A stretch of DNA of 64,000 bases. It comes from Candidatus Roizmanbacteria bacterium (GTDB taxonomy: Bacteria; Patescibacteriota; Microgenomatia; UBA1406). The notes under the pieces are model-generated. The model made no database searches. It saw nothing but the letters and a program-made list of their open reading frames with translations, and was not told the origin of the DNA. Both the position numbers and the translations under genes were made by a program. Below, piece after piece: positions 53,502 through 63,401 of this stretch. Position 1 is the first letter of the stretch, and every line of letters starts with the position of its first letter. The stretch spans positions 288,626 through 352,625 of the forward strand of contig JANLHL010000016.1 of the NCBI GenBank assembly GCA_024654535.1, written 5' to 3'.

Positions 53502-55889
53502 ATGAGGAAATTTATTCTACATGTTTTGTTGGTATTCAGTATTTTTTATGTTGCTTCTCTCAGTGTATCTCCAGTATTTGCGGATGATACGTGTTCAATA
53601 AACTTTATAACCGGAATATCCGCAACTCGATGGATGGATAACAATAATTTACTAGTGGATATAGCATCAGCGGGACACTCTGGGGAAGAAGCAAACACGA
53701 TTGAGCTTAAATACGGCAATAACAACTGGATCAGCGTAGCAAGCAAAAGTCTATGCAACAGTGATACAAATAAAAGTGAAATTCCATACAATAACGATGT
53801 TTGCATAGATAAAGTCGCACCTGGCCATTTCCAATATAAAATAGTTGCAGATCCACAAACGGCAACGTACACGCCTGTATATACTATAACTCTTAAAAAC
53901 AATTGCGATGCAAGTAAAACTCTAGACATACCTCCACCAGCCCCTACCCCAACGACCCAGCCACAAGCGGCACCAACTCCTCTTCCAGCAGGCATTACAC
54001 AATACGTCACGAGCGTGTGTTTGGAACCATATACCATACACGAGCCTGTTGCAGGCTGCCCAGCAGATCATAGAATTGTCAATAATTGGCAGGAAGACGG
54101 CATACAAGCACAATGCTACGATTGGAATTATGGCAATGTAACCTATTCACATACTCTTCAATTGCGATCAAAAATTGCATTAAACAAAACGTTCCCAGTA
54201 GAATTATTCCGAAGAACGACACTGCGATTTGAAGGCGATAATGACGTGAATCATACCGCCACATATTGTGCGGCAGACAGTGCCGGTAATCCCGCGTGTA
54301 TCTTAAACCAGGCCGCTGCAGGCACACGCTTTGTTCCGGATAGCTATAAAGTAATTGATCTACAGTACCCACAAGTTAATGCATCACTTGCAAATTCAGC
54401 AGACGGCTTTTTAGCGCTTTCGCACGTCAGAAGTTTCACTGGCGAATGGGGTATTGATGACTCGCATTACTTTTTTGCGATGCAGCGGATTAACCAGGCT
54501 ACACCACAACCGACAGTTACCGGTGGTCCAACAACAGGTCAAACAGATGATCCTGCTTTACGTTTGGCATCATTCACCCCCACTCCGACACCCGCACCAA
54601 CCCAAGCTGCATCTGGCGACTCAACAAATTGTGTCAGTATTTATTGGGACCCTATGGGAAAAGTCGCAGATACTCAATACTTGGAGCCAATTGAAAAAGC
54701 TTCTGTAACGCTAAAAAATAAAAATGCACTTGGTAATGTAGCACAATTTACGTTACCGAATAACGCATTATTCAAAAATCCATTTACTACTGGCGTAGAT
54801 GGTTCATATAGTTTCTTTGTACCTGCCGGGACGTACTATCTCAGTGCTCAGAAACAGAATTTTACCTTTCCAATAACTGCCCAATCATTACTTGATGCTA
54901 AGCAAAAACTCCTCTCTCAAGATCCAGCAGGAGAATACATAGATACTTCAAAACTGTACAACGATTCTTCTGAGCCTATTGTAGAAAAGGAGGGTGTCAC
55001 AGAAGTGAGAAATATGCTTATGGAACCCCCGCAGGGTTACCAAGGCACTAAACCTACCGTAGTTAGCTATAACCAATTATTAGACCAGGATTCACGCCAA
55101 ATAATCTATGGCGTTGTATCTCATCCAAAAGCAGTAGTTGGCGCATTTGTGAACAATGGGCTCATCGCACAAACTCAAGCCGCACCGAACGGACAATTCA
55201 AGCTTGTACTCGAAGGTGCAAGTATCCCTCAAGACGCAAAGAATATCCAACTACGAGTAGAAAAAGTGGCGATAGGTCAACTACCAGTGCCCGCGTCGAC
55301 ACAATTTTCAAAAATGTACACTATTGAGCTTCTCCCATCGTACGTCGCTGGATTTGCATTTAGCTCTGACTATTCAGTTGCACCAGGAGCTCTCGTTGAA
55401 GTTATTGTGCCCGAGCTGAATGATCTTGTCTACGTTTCCACGCACGCAGATCAGAATGGTTTCGCACGCATTCCAAATGCAAACATGCCACCGTTCCCAT
55501 ACACTATACGTGTCCGAAATCCTCAAACATTCGCAACTCTTAGCGTACAAAAACCTGCAGAATTTGTTGCACTCAGCAAAGCATACTATACAAATGAACA
55601 AGCAAATCCATACGACGAAAAAGAAACTATGACAACACCATCTGCACAAACACTGAGCCAGATTCAAAAAGAAAGTAAAAAGAATAAAGAGCTTGTACTG
55701 CAAGGAAAGATCGATCCCCTACTTAAGGCTTCGATACAACCCACCATGCCAACTGATGTATCAACTCAATCCAAATCATCTTCGCAAAGCGCTGGTCGAC
55801 TCGCTGCTTTACTTATTATCGTTTTACTTTTGCCAATCGGTGTTGGTTTCATCATTATGAAATCACGAAATAGAACAACAGAACTATAA
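53502..55889 (+). CDS. Large secreted surface protein, C-terminally anchored
   Basis: Signal peptide. It shares a domain with the next gene (CVSIYWDPMGKV...SYSFFVPAGTYYLSAQKQNFTFP, carboxypeptidase-regulatory/Cna-B-like). Its C-terminus is a TM helix plus basic tail. Confidence 0.65.
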   Translation: MRKFILHVLLVFSIFYVASLSVSPVFADDTCSINFITGISATRWMDNNNLLVDIASAGHSGEEANTIELKYGNNNWISVASKSLCNSDTNKSEIPYNNDVCIDKVAPGHFQYKIVADPQTATYTPVYTITLKNNCDASKTLDIPPPAPTPTTQPQAAPTPLPAGITQYVTSVCLEPYTIHEPVAGCPADHRIVNNWQEDGIQAQCYDWNYGNVTYSHTLQLRSKIALNKTFPVELFRRTTLRFEGDNDVNHTATYCAADSAGNPACILNQAAAGTRFVPDSYKVIDLQYPQVNASLANSADGFLALSHVRSFTGEWGIDDSHYFFAMQRINQATPQPTVTGGPTTGQTDDPALRLASFTPTPTPAPTQAASGDSTNCVSIYWDPMGKVADTQYLEPIEKASVTLKNKNALGNVAQFTLPNNALFKNPFTTGVDGSYSFFVPAGTYYLSAQKQNFTFPITAQSLLDAKQKLLSQDPAGEYIDTSKLYNDSSEPIVEKEGVTEVRNMLMEPPQGYQGTKPTVVSYNQLLDQDSRQIIYGVVSHPKAVVGAFVNNGLIAQTQAAPNGQFKLVLEGASIPQDAKNIQLRVEKVAIGQLPVPASTQFSKMYTIELLPSYVAGFAFSSDYSVAPGALVEVIVPELNDLVYVSTHADQNGFARIPNANMPPFPYTIRVRNPQTFATLSVQKPAEFVALSKAYYTNEQANPYDEKETMTTPSAQTLSQIQKESKKNKELVLQGKIDPLLKASIQPTMPTDVSTQSKSSSQSAGRLAALLIIVLLLPIGVGFIIMKSRNRTTEL

Positions 55890-55891
55890 TT

Positions 55892-57586
55892 ATGAAATAT
55901 CTTTGGCTCTCACTACTTACTGCTTGTTCAACGCTTTTATTTGCGCTGCCGGTACACGCACAACTATCTCAAGCTGTTACGGTAAGTTGTATGAACTGGA
56001 CGGTTACCGATGCAGGAGCACACGAAGTAACGCTCGAAGCAACAGGATTGCAACCCAATAAGCCGTTCGAGCTGTGGCGCGAAGTAGATAATAAATATGA
56101 ATGCGCCGTCGACAAAACAGGTTCGGTCGTTTGCGATGGAGCACCAACATCCAGCCCACCAACAAGCTTTCAGCTAAAAAATACTACGAAAGACCAACTC
56201 ATCACAGACGGTGGAGGTCGCACAGTTATTACACAAGTCACGAGCCACACGGTACAAGAGGTGAATCATTTTTTTTATGCTGTACAAGGAATGAGCTCAC
56301 AAGATGTTGTCGGTAATGGCGATAATGAAGCCCTAAAATTATCAACATTCGTACCAAAAACGAGTGGCAACAATTGCACATCTATTTATTGGGATCCAGA
56401 AGGAATTGTCTTTGATGCAGTCAGCCTAGAACCAATAGTAAATTCCTCAGTAACTCTACTTGATGATGTAAAAAATACTGTTCCGACAAGCCCAGGAATC
56501 ATCAATCCATTCGTCACAAAAGATTCTGGTCATTTTTCTTTCTATGTACCTGATGGCACGTACTTTCTTTCTGCCCAAAAAAGCGGATATCGCTTTCCAC
56601 TTACCATAACGGAAAAAAATGAACTTAGCTCGCGCGTACCGAACGATCTATATTCTAATCTCTACACCGGAGATCCAATAATACAAATAAACGGCATTGT
56701 TGAACATAGAGACATTCCCCTGTTCCCAGAAAATGGCCAATCTCCCGCTTCTTTTCTTCCTAAAATTACCGACGTAAGCATCCATCGTATCAGTAGTGAT
56801 CGGGGTAGCAACCAACTTATTACTGGGTTAGTATCTCATCCACTTTCTCGCGTATATGTCTACTCAGGACTTAAACAAATAGCTGATACTACTGCAAATA
56901 AATATGGACAATTTTCCGTATCCCTCAATCCTCAACTGTTCGATCAAGATAGACCACTTGAACTCATTGCTGAAAAAATAGATTTCTCTGCTTCGAAAGA
57001 TATGAATATACTCGATAAAATTATGGCAAAAAAACAAAACCTACGCAGTACCCCAGTTCAAATTTATCCTATTCCCGATTTTATCGAAGGGTACGCCATG
57101 CAAAGCAGTACTCCCGCACCATTTGCAAAGGTACGTATTTCAATTCCGGGAATGAATCACACGCTCTTTACCGTACAGTCGGATGAAACAGGGTTTGTGA
57201 AAATCCCCTCCATCCTACTACCACCAGTGCCATTCGATATCACAACAAGCGATAAAACAGGCAAACTGACTACCACGCTCACCACGGCTACATTTATCCA
57301 GCAAAATAGTGACTATCTGAAAAGCAATAAGGTCAATGTTTTTGACAAAAGTACGTCTTCAGAATCAAAACCTGACTCACCAGTCGTGAGCAGTAATCTG
57401 AAAACATCTCCCCCGTTTGCAAAACCTCAGTATCAAGAAACTCCTAATGCAAAAGCAGCAGATCAAAATGGTACCCGTTCTCTGCTCATAACGCTTGTAT
57501 TATTGCTTGGTGTCGCTTCAATTTTAGGGGCTATAACATACATAAAAAAACGATCAACACAGAGCGAACCTTTAGACACCGTTTAA
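55892..57586 (+). CDS. Large secreted surface protein, paralogous core to the upstream gene, C-terminally anchored
   Basis: Starts 2 nt after the upstream stop. Signal peptide, CTSIYWDPEGIV...HFSFYVPDGTYFLSAQKSGYRFP, and a C-terminal TM helix plus KKRS tail. Confidence 0.65.
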   Translation: MKYLWLSLLTACSTLLFALPVHAQLSQAVTVSCMNWTVTDAGAHEVTLEATGLQPNKPFELWREVDNKYECAVDKTGSVVCDGAPTSSPPTSFQLKNTTKDQLITDGGGRTVITQVTSHTVQEVNHFFYAVQGMSSQDVVGNGDNEALKLSTFVPKTSGNNCTSIYWDPEGIVFDAVSLEPIVNSSVTLLDDVKNTVPTSPGIINPFVTKDSGHFSFYVPDGTYFLSAQKSGYRFPLTITEKNELSSRVPNDLYSNLYTGDPIIQINGIVEHRDIPLFPENGQSPASFLPKITDVSIHRISSDRGSNQLITGLVSHPLSRVYVYSGLKQIADTTANKYGQFSVSLNPQLFDQDRPLELIAEKIDFSASKDMNILDKIMAKKQNLRSTPVQIYPIPDFIEGYAMQSSTPAPFAKVRISIPGMNHTLFTVQSDETGFVKIPSILLPPVPFDITTSDKTGKLTTTLTTATFIQQNSDYLKSNKVNVFDKSTSSESKPDSPVVSSNLKTSPPFAKPQYQETPNAKAADQNGTRSLLITLVLLLGVASILGAITYIKKRSTQSEPLDTV

Positions 57587-57652
57587 TTTCACTTGAGATA
57601 TAAAAAAGAATGTGTTACTGTTGTTTCTTCTGTTATTAACATTAAATAAATA

Positions 57653-58465
57653 ATGAAAAATTGTATCTTGATCGCAGACTATTGTATTGATCCCCTTACC
57701 CCTCAAGAACTTAAGAGCGCACTTCTTGGCCACTTGAGTGGTAAGACAAATGCAAGTATTTCATTCGTCCATTCCACTCCTAACACTATTCATACCACTT
57801 TTTTACTGAAACAAATTCTCCTCACAGAAGAGCGATTGGGAGACGCAAATAACACCGTTATTTTTGTAAATACCGATGCACGTATTCAAACGTCGCAAGG
57901 AGTTGAGAAGGCAAAAGGCGCAGAATTCATAGTGCTACGTATGAAAAGTGGCGCATTTATCTGCGGACCCAATGCGGGGTACTCTTTCTCGCTTGTACGC
58001 AATAATATCGAATACGTCTACCATTACAAAGGGCTCGACAAAGGCACGCAGTTTCGCTCACGAGAGCTGTATATGCGTGTTTGTGCACTTCTCATGGAGG
58101 GCAAAGAAGATGAAATGGATCTGGACGAAATACGAAATAATGATATTCCAGAACTCGAAGGGTTCCACGTAGGACATGTCGACAACTACGGTAACATAAA
58201 AACAACAATCCCCCACTCATATATGAAAGGTAAACACACGTTTGGTGATGAAGTGAGTATAACTATCGGCAATAAAACACAAAAAGCCGTGTATACGCAC
58301 AACATGTTTGGATATAAACCAGACGCGCTTGTCATAACTCCAGGATCGTCAGGTATGCCAGACGATCCCTATTTAGAAGCGGTGGTATGGCAACACCTAC
58401 CCCTAAAAAGCGGAAAACTCTTTTTCCCCGACGTCGTCCCTGGTGACGTGGTCGTTATTAAGTAG
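57653..58465 (+). CDS. Divergent DUF62-like (SAM hydroxide adenosyltransferase family) protein
   Basis: GPNAGYSFSL resembles the family motif GPDNGLL, and GHVDNYGNIKTTI resembles the C-terminal iD.FGN..TNi motif. The N-terminal DFG motif is not conserved. Confidence 0.4.
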   Translation: MKNCILIADYCIDPLTPQELKSALLGHLSGKTNASISFVHSTPNTIHTTFLLKQILLTEERLGDANNTVIFVNTDARIQTSQGVEKAKGAEFIVLRMKSGAFICGPNAGYSFSLVRNNIEYVYHYKGLDKGTQFRSRELYMRVCALLMEGKEDEMDLDEIRNNDIPELEGFHVGHVDNYGNIKTTIPHSYMKGKHTFGDEVSITIGNKTQKAVYTHNMFGYKPDALVITPGSSGMPDDPYLEAVVWQHLPLKSGKLFFPDVVPGDVVVIK

Positions 58466-58487
58466 CCTCCTTTAAAAGGAGCCTACT
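58461..58487 (+). terminator. Stem-loop overlapping the stop codon (terminator candidate, no T-run)
   Basis: AGTAGCCTCCTTT/AAAGGAGCCTACT form 13 pairs with one mismatch. Confidence 0.3.
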
Positions 58488-58606
58488 TCTATGAATACGC
58501 CCTCTGGATTGTTGGAACAACACGTTTAGTGTATAAAATACTATATTTGACTCTATAGTGTATTAGTGATATACTATAGGATTATAGTTAAATTAATATA
58601 GTAAAT

Positions 58607-59398
58607 ATGTCACCAGATAAAGAAAAACCAGGAATATTTGGCTTTGCTAAACTTATAGCACAAGCGCTTATTGGCGTTCCATTAACAAAAGACCAAAAAG
58701 CTTCCCTAAAACAAAAGCGAACCGATGAAAAGTTGAAAACATGGTATGCGGTTGGTTCGGAAATAGGATATCATGCTGTTGGCTCAGCTGTGAGAGATGA
58801 AATTGAAGCAAGTGGAGGTTCCCAACTTGTGCTAGGAGCTATCAATGGAGTTGAAACCCGATTAGCAGATGAAGATACTCGTGCCGAAATAGTGCAAGCA
58901 GTCACCCCTCATATTAAGCCAGCAGTAACCCAGGCACTGAAAGATGTACGCGAACAAATAGCAGCCAACTCACAAGATATTATAGGAGATTTGTCGAGAA
59001 CTGTTGATCCTCGCCAATCTGCTGCAACGAGTACAAGTATATCTGATTTACGAAATAGAATAGTATCAGATGAAGATGGACTCTTTACCCGCGTACTCAA
59101 AGGCGCAGGAGCAGTGGCCATAAAGGCTACCGGTGAAGGAATCGCTTGGATTGGTGCGTTTCTTAACACACAAACGAAAACTCATGCAGATGATACTGCC
59201 AGAGCAGATTTCCAATCTAACAGATATACAGAATACAGAAACATACTCTTTTCAGGAGTTAGAAAACTCTTTGGCCTACAAGACAGTACACTATCTGAAC
59301 AAGAACTAAAAAATAGAAAGGCTTCGAGGTCGTCACTTGCAACAAAACTATTCCCTACCGCATGGGTTGCTGACCCACCTGTTCCTGCAACTCCGTAA
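58607..59398 (+). CDS. Hypothetical protein
   Basis: 263 aa, amphipathic and helical-looking. Contains a short hydrophobic N-terminal segment (IFGFAKLIAQALIGVPL). Confidence 0.5.
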   Translation: MSPDKEKPGIFGFAKLIAQALIGVPLTKDQKASLKQKRTDEKLKTWYAVGSEIGYHAVGSAVRDEIEASGGSQLVLGAINGVETRLADEDTRAEIVQAVTPHIKPAVTQALKDVREQIAANSQDIIGDLSRTVDPRQSAATSTSISDLRNRIVSDEDGLFTRVLKGAGAVAIKATGEGIAWIGAFLNTQTKTHADDTARADFQSNRYTEYRNILFSGVRKLFGLQDSTLSEQELKNRKASRSSLATKLFPTAWVADPPVPATP

Positions 59399-59422
59399 AC
59401 TTCCAGTGTCATACGGAATTGA

Positions 59423-60925
59423 TTAAATATATCCAGCCTCACCTGCCATAGCAGCGCCTCCAAGGGCAGTACTTCCTAGAGCAGCTGCACCGAGACCAAC
59501 CGGAGTCATTGCTATTCCACCTATTGCAAGAATTGTCATAAGCGCAATGAGCATAAGTCTTTTCTTTTTCGGCATCATTTGGCCTCTCTGTTCAACCTTT
59601 TTCAATAGTGCACGTGCCTGAGGATTATTCTGGACAATTTTTTCAGTTACGGTCGAGAAATACTCTGCGTTCTGTTCCCATTCTTTGTCTGAAAAATGCA
59701 AATCCCTACCCAAGAGTTTAAATCTATCCCTAAAGCCAATGTTCTTCGACAAATTTACCCATAAGTCTGCTTTTATCTGCTCACCATGTGTTTTATATAC
59801 CCCCTCTATCTGGGCTCTCGATTTATCATCGAGCGCATCGTACGCGTCTTGAGAGTTTATTGCATTTATACCTGGTATACCGAGCGATCTTCCTATTACT
59901 ACACGCAAGCCCAAGTCTCCTTCTCTCATGTCTGTCGCAGTACGAACATCCAAGCTCAAATTCTCTCGCACAGCATCACTGTCAAGGGTCTCTGTTTCTC
60001 TCCAACGCTTATTTACTGTTTCTCTTCCAGCATTTTCTGTTTTTGCAAGCTCACGCGCCATGCCATTATCTGCCGACTTCAAATGTGTATCAAGAACCCT
60101 ATACAGCCCATTGTTACCCACATGATAGGCGCCATCATTTAAACCACCAAGTTTCACTTGATCCAATATCATTGGATATACACCAGACGCATTAGCAGTC
60201 GATGATTTTACCTCCAGATTTATTGTGCTTAAAAGTATGCTATCCGTTTGCTGATGTATAGATTCGCGGAAGGAAGGATCACGCATAAGGCTCTCAAGTA
60301 CGGCATCGGTCACATCCTGATCACCGTCATATTCATTGAGCAGTAACTGCCCTATCCCACTTGCACGTAGGTTCGACATACCACCATCTGCAAGCGCCAT
60401 AATATCTTTTTTTATATCTGCATCAGGTCTTGCAGTACCACCTGCTACTACTTCTATGCCAACATATCCTGCAATCTTTTTTATCTCTACTTGTCCTGCG
60501 GGTGTTGTTTCATCCAAATTGCCGTCTGGTGGCATCATACGATATATTTCAGCAGATTTCATGAGCGTTACATTACCATCAAGTCTACTTTTTGCCTCTG
60601 CCGCTGTTGTATCGGGAGGTGATTTAGTAGCATATGTCTCCAACGTCTTAGATACTGAATCAAACCTTTTAATCTTACCCTGAAACTCCTGTGCAGATTC
60701 TGGAACAGGTGCGTGAGCTGCTTGTTCAAGTCGCTGCCTCATTGTGAGTTTTTGTTTGCCAAGGTTTTGTAAACGGTCAGCTTCTGCAATGGCTTTACCT
60801 CTATCCGAAGTAGGAGCAAATACTGCGTCAACTCTTGCCCTCAGAGGAGCTTCGGCAACCCGAGTTACGGCCAAATCACCTATATTTACTTGTGGCACTG
60901 GTATGTCTGTCGCGTTTATTGCCAT
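59423..60925 (-). CDS. Large tail-anchored hypothetical protein (module 2)
   Basis: 500 aa. A long polar N-terminal region, then KKKR, one TM helix (LMLIALMTILAIGGIAM) and a Gly/Ala-rich tail. Confidence 0.6.
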   Translation of the reverse strand: MAINATDIPVPQVNIGDLAVTRVAEAPLRARVDAVFAPTSDRGKAIAEADRLQNLGKQKLTMRQRLEQAAHAPVPESAQEFQGKIKRFDSVSKTLETYATKSPPDTTAAEAKSRLDGNVTLMKSAEIYRMMPPDGNLDETTPAGQVEIKKIAGYVGIEVVAGGTARPDADIKKDIMALADGGMSNLRASGIGQLLLNEYDGDQDVTDAVLESLMRDPSFRESIHQQTDSILLSTINLEVKSSTANASGVYPMILDQVKLGGLNDGAYHVGNNGLYRVLDTHLKSADNGMARELAKTENAGRETVNKRWRETETLDSDAVRENLSLDVRTATDMREGDLGLRVVIGRSLGIPGINAINSQDAYDALDDKSRAQIEGVYKTHGEQIKADLWVNLSKNIGFRDRFKLLGRDLHFSDKEWEQNAEYFSTVTEKIVQNNPQARALLKKVEQRGQMMPKKKRLMLIALMTILAIGGIAMTPVGLGAAALGSTALGGAAMAGEAGYI

Positions 60926-60929
60926 TGTT

Positions 60930-61229
60930 TTATAGGAACTTCTGTAACTTTTGTTGTACTTGCTTTATTTGGTCGGTGTCTTCTGATTGTATTTGTTTAC
61001 CTTTTTCTTCTAAAAGGACACTTTCATACACTTTCCAGCGAGTGGAAAGTTCCTGAAGCAGTGCCAATAACTCTTGAGATGTTCCAACAGAATCTATTTT
61101 CGACAAAACAAACTGCGCCGAGGCCCTCGATTCATCAACCTTGAGCGTTCCATCTCGTAAAGCCTTTATCATGCAGCCGAGTATTTTCTCTTGGACTATA
61201 TCTTTTTGCTCTTCAAATTGTGTGTTCAT
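60930..61229 (-). CDS. Small acidic helical protein (module 2, chaperone-like partner)
   Basis: 99 aa. Its stop lies 4 nt before the start of the 500-aa gene. LLALLQELSTRWKV aligns with LEFLVELHTDWNI of the 118-aa protein. Confidence 0.55.
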   Translation of the reverse strand: MNTQFEEQKDIVQEKILGCMIKALRDGTLKVDESRASAQFVLSKIDSVGTSQELLALLQELSTRWKVYESVLLEEKGKQIQSEDTDQIKQVQQKLQKFL

Positions 61230-61245
61230 TTTCTATCCTATTAAC

Positions 61246-62994
61246 TTAATGAGGTCTGCCTGTTTGAATTGTACTAATAATACCCTGCGCCTTTTGAAGT
61301 AATCCAGGATTGGCGGGCGTACCTAAAACATAGTCGCGTGTTGCAGCAGCTGTATTTTCAATAGCTCCTGGAGTATGCACTGACCCAAAGGGAATCGTTG
61401 TAGTTGTGCCAAATAGTGTCTTCCCTGCCGCATCTATTGAAGTCCCTGCGCTCGTAGCCATTGCACCCACCGACGTACTCGCTGTGCCATACCCTGTAGC
61501 AATCGCACCACCTGCAGCAGATAACGCATGCGTTATTGGATACCACCAATACCACACGCCACCCGCTATACCCAAAGCCGAAGCAAGAAGTACAAGGCCT
61601 TTTTTCGTGGTAAAGAGTTTTTTAAATTTATCGGGTAGTTTCAGTTTTGAGAGCGGTGTCTTCTTCATGTAATCAACCATGTCTTCCATACCAAGCTCCT
61701 GAGCCAACATTGCAGTCTGAGGATTTCTCACGTTGTTTACTGCCATATACAGAACTTGTGTTTTGAGTGGGTCGGTTGAATTCATTATTTTCCTTATTGC
61801 TCGCTTCTTTAGTTTACCGCCATATCCTTTAACCATCTCTGTGCCCACGTGCTGTCCTGCGACTGGCCGTAAATAATCGGCTAAAAAGAGGGCCTCTGTT
61901 TCTACAACAAGCTTCTGGTATTCATCTGGGCTGGATGCTTTAAAGTCGGCTAGGCGCTGAAGATCGGCACTACTCCTGTCGAGCATAGCTTCAAGTAAAC
62001 CATCGCTACCTCGTTTCGTATATGCTCTCACCAGTTTTGTCATTATTTTCTGATCTACAATTTTTTCTCTTACGCCAGACTCTGGGTTCACTATTTCACG
62101 TCGCCAAATAGTGGAAAGCTTTCCCATATCCGAACGAGCTCCAGCTTCTATGGCGGTAAGTGCTGCCGTAGTTTCTGTAGTGATTGTTGTGTTGACGCCA
62201 TCAATGTTATCACTGATAAACTCGAGGATCGCTTCACGCGGCGCGCCAATGAGTGCATTGCTCACTCTGCCGGGTAACGTATCACGTGCAGATAGTTTGT
62301 TGTTCAATTCTGTATCGAGGTCATTTACCTCAATTTGCTTTGCAGCTTTTGCTGCAGCATCAGCTGCTGGTATTGCTATAAGCTCTGCTTGTGCCTTAGT
62401 AAGTGCAACCTGCACCGCCTTTGCCTCATGATCTAACGATTGCACGCTTCCCGGTGGCACCGCAGCTAATTTTGCTTTTAATTTATCCAAATATTGAGAT
62501 GAATTAAAAAACTTTTCGAATACTTGCCTCTTTGCTGCTTGGGAAAGCCCACTTAACATATCTGAATAGTAAGGTAAACCATCAAACGTGGTAACGATAG
62601 AGTCGAGTACCTGTGTTTTTAAAGGTGCGTCTGCATCGAATGCCCGCTGACCACCCATGACAACTTGCGTAAGGTATGATCCCCATACCTCAGCCTGCTG
62701 TTTTTTTGCAAATAGTACCGTGCCAGGCGTAGGATCTTCGTATGTGGTTGGTGCACCCATATGTGGGGTTATCACTTTAAATGCGTCACCAACCGTTCTA
62801 TATTTCGTCTCAAGTGCTTGAAGATCTGGAGTAGGATGTGTTGCAAGCTTGAGCGCTTCCAAAGGAGTTCTCTGCTTATACAACACTTCTTCCATGTGTG
62901 TAACAAGCCTATCTCGAGCTATAGTCGTTGGGTCTATATCCCGAGGACGCACAATTAGTTTTGCAATATTTTCTGCCGTATTAAATTCTGTCAT
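61246..62994 (-). CDS. Large tail-anchored hypothetical protein (module 1)
   Basis: 582 aa. A long polar and coiled N-terminal region, then KFKKLFTTKKG, one TM helix (LVLLASALGIAGGVWYWWY) and a Gly/Ala/Thr-rich tail. Confidence 0.6.
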   Translation of the reverse strand: MTEFNTAENIAKLIVRPRDIDPTTIARDRLVTHMEEVLYKQRTPLEALKLATHPTPDLQALETKYRTVGDAFKVITPHMGAPTTYEDPTPGTVLFAKKQQAEVWGSYLTQVVMGGQRAFDADAPLKTQVLDSIVTTFDGLPYYSDMLSGLSQAAKRQVFEKFFNSSQYLDKLKAKLAAVPPGSVQSLDHEAKAVQVALTKAQAELIAIPAADAAAKAAKQIEVNDLDTELNNKLSARDTLPGRVSNALIGAPREAILEFISDNIDGVNTTITTETTAALTAIEAGARSDMGKLSTIWRREIVNPESGVREKIVDQKIMTKLVRAYTKRGSDGLLEAMLDRSSADLQRLADFKASSPDEYQKLVVETEALFLADYLRPVAGQHVGTEMVKGYGGKLKKRAIRKIMNSTDPLKTQVLYMAVNNVRNPQTAMLAQELGMEDMVDYMKKTPLSKLKLPDKFKKLFTTKKGLVLLASALGIAGGVWYWWYPITHALSAAGGAIATGYGTASTSVGAMATSAGTSIDAAGKTLFGTTTTIPFGSVHTPGAIENTAAATRDYVLGTPANPGLLQKAQGIISTIQTGRPH

Positions 62995-62996
62995 AA

Positions 62997-63353
62997 TTAT
63001 TGAGCTCTATATGCCAATTTATTTTTAATAACATCGAGCTTATCTTCTACCTGTGGCACCGAGGCTGGTTCTTCTGAATGTACCTGCGCATACACCATTT
63101 GAACATTGTTCACGTATTTTTTTAAAAGCACGCTCAATTTTTCTGTCGAAATGTTCCAGTCGGTGTGTAATTCAACCAAAAATTCAAGTGCATCCACGTG
63201 TGTATCAAGAAAGTCGAGTGTATCTAAGATATATTCCGATAATTCATGCGTCGTATCAAGATCAAGCTGATTGTTTTTGAGCGCATCAACGACTAGTTCT
63301 GCCAGGTCGAATTTAAGTTGCTCTTTTTGTTTTTCGTCCATTAATGGATCCAT
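62997..63353 (-). CDS. Small acidic helical protein (module 1, chaperone-like partner)
   Basis: 118 aa, rich in D/E. Its stop lies 2 nt before the start of the 582-aa gene. Confidence 0.55.
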   Translation of the reverse strand: MDPLMDEKQKEQLKFDLAELVVDALKNNQLDLDTTHELSEYILDTLDFLDTHVDALEFLVELHTDWNISTEKLSVLLKKYVNNVQMVYAQVHSEEPASVPQVEDKLDVIKNKLAYRAQ

Positions 63354-63401
63354 ACATACATAATTTCACATTATTCGTGAGCTGTCAATAGCACGAATAT
63401 A

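Noticed and set aside
58540-58590. Repeated TAGTGTAT words and a CTATAGT-N13-ACTATAG inverted repeat upstream of the 58607 gene
   Set aside because: A short AT-rich repeat in a promoter region with no second locus, so it cannot be distinguished from chance.
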